Source: Proteiniphilum sp.
Lineage (GTDB): Bacteria; Bacteroidota; Bacteroidia; Bacteroidales; Dysgonomonadaceae
Direction of reading: 5' to 3'
Assembly: GCA_041656815.1 (NCBI GenBank)
Contig: JBBACU010000001.1
Coordinates: 1-44,323, forward strand
DNA length: 44,323 nucleotides
The notes under the pieces are model-generated. The model did no database searches. It was not told the DNA's origin and worked only from the letters and a program-made list of their open reading frames with translations. The position numbers were made by a program, and so were the translations under genes. Shown here piece after piece: positions 43,855 to 44,323 of the stretch (position 1 is the first letter of the stretch; the number at the start of each line of letters is the position of its first letter).

Positions 43855-43925
43855 AAGTGCCGGGCAATTCACATTGCCCGTTTCCTGCAGTTTTAAAGAA
43901 TCGTTCTACTAATTTGTAACCAGAA

Positions 43926-44261
43926 TCACTGGCAGGTCCGCCAGTATTTTTTTATGTCGGCTCCCCTGTATTGCCGCCTGTATGTTCCCTTCTGAAAGGA
44001 GCATTTGATAAGCCCGTTATCGGTGTGTTTGCGGAGCGTGTCGCGACTGATACCAAGTATTTCGGCGGCCTTGCCGATGGGTACTTTTGCCGAATCCGCG
44101 ATGTCCGGCTCCATGAACTTTCTCGTGTCCTGTTTCTGTTCACCGAAGAGTTCCTTAACCCAGCGTGTTATTTCAGCGTGGCTCTCCCTCATGTCCTCCA
44201 GGATCATTTTCATCTCCTGTAGTTCCTGTTGCCAGTCAGCTGTCATTTCTGTCTGTTTCAT
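43926..44261 (-). CDS. Excisionase/MerR-type HTH DNA-binding protein
   Basis: IGKAAEILGISRDTLRKH...GLIKC....RRQYRGADI. Confidence 0.75.
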   Translation of the reverse strand: MKQTEMTADWQQELQEMKMILEDMRESHAEITRWVKELFGEQKQDTRKFMEPDIADSAKVPIGKAAEILGISRDTLRKHTDNGLIKCSFQKGTYRRQYRGADIKKYWRTCQ

Positions 44262-44323
44262 TCTTCCGGTTCTTGATTCGTTAATAATTCCATGTACAGC
44301 GGCTTAAAGGTTTCGAGGGCATA
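44258..44323 (-). CDS. 3' end of a gene entering from the right edge
   Basis: ...YALETFKPLYMELLTNQEPEE*, ATGA overlap with the next gene. Confidence 0.45.
   Translation of the reverse strand, partial: YALETFKPLYMELLTNQEPEE

Noticed and set aside
43747-43872. N-terminal 42 aa of the track's 205-aa ORF
   Set aside because: Overlaps the tRNA; ATG 43746 has a typical A-rich leader.
1-44323. Stop-codon reassignment as in some crAss-like phages
   Set aside because: Genes are long and densely packed under the standard code, TAG is used as a stop, and there is no suppressor tRNA.

Overview
This window is a 44-kb section of a tailed dsDNA phage or prophage with P22/T7-like (podovirus-type) virion genes. 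The host is very probably a Bacteroidota bacterium: leaders are AT-rich and mostly lack Shine-Dalgarno sites, TAnnTTTG promoters occur, and one gene carries a Bacteroidota RNAP-like peptide. Most genes are on the minus strand. From right to left there is an early, replication and anti-defence region (HTH protein, atypical tRNA-Met(CAT), putative signal-sponge fusion, beta-clamp, PcfK/PcfJ, DUF4406, RNAP-mimic protein, adenine MTase, Rep-like protein). Next is a non-coding repeat region and a divergent small terminase. Then comes a portal-nozzle-ejection operon ending in a 4102-aa polyvalent protein, an inverted plus-strand block with an HD hydrolase and a rhomboid protease, and a scaffold-capsid-adaptor-tail operon. 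That operon ends at the left edge in a C-type-lectin-fold protein resembling a DGR target. No terL, integrase, reverse transcriptase, lysis genes or soluble prohead protease were recognised. The most intriguing candidate system is a major capsid protein with an N-terminal membrane or signal segment encoded about 2 kb from an intact phage rhomboid intramembrane protease. All family assignments come from recognising motifs by eye; no searches were run.
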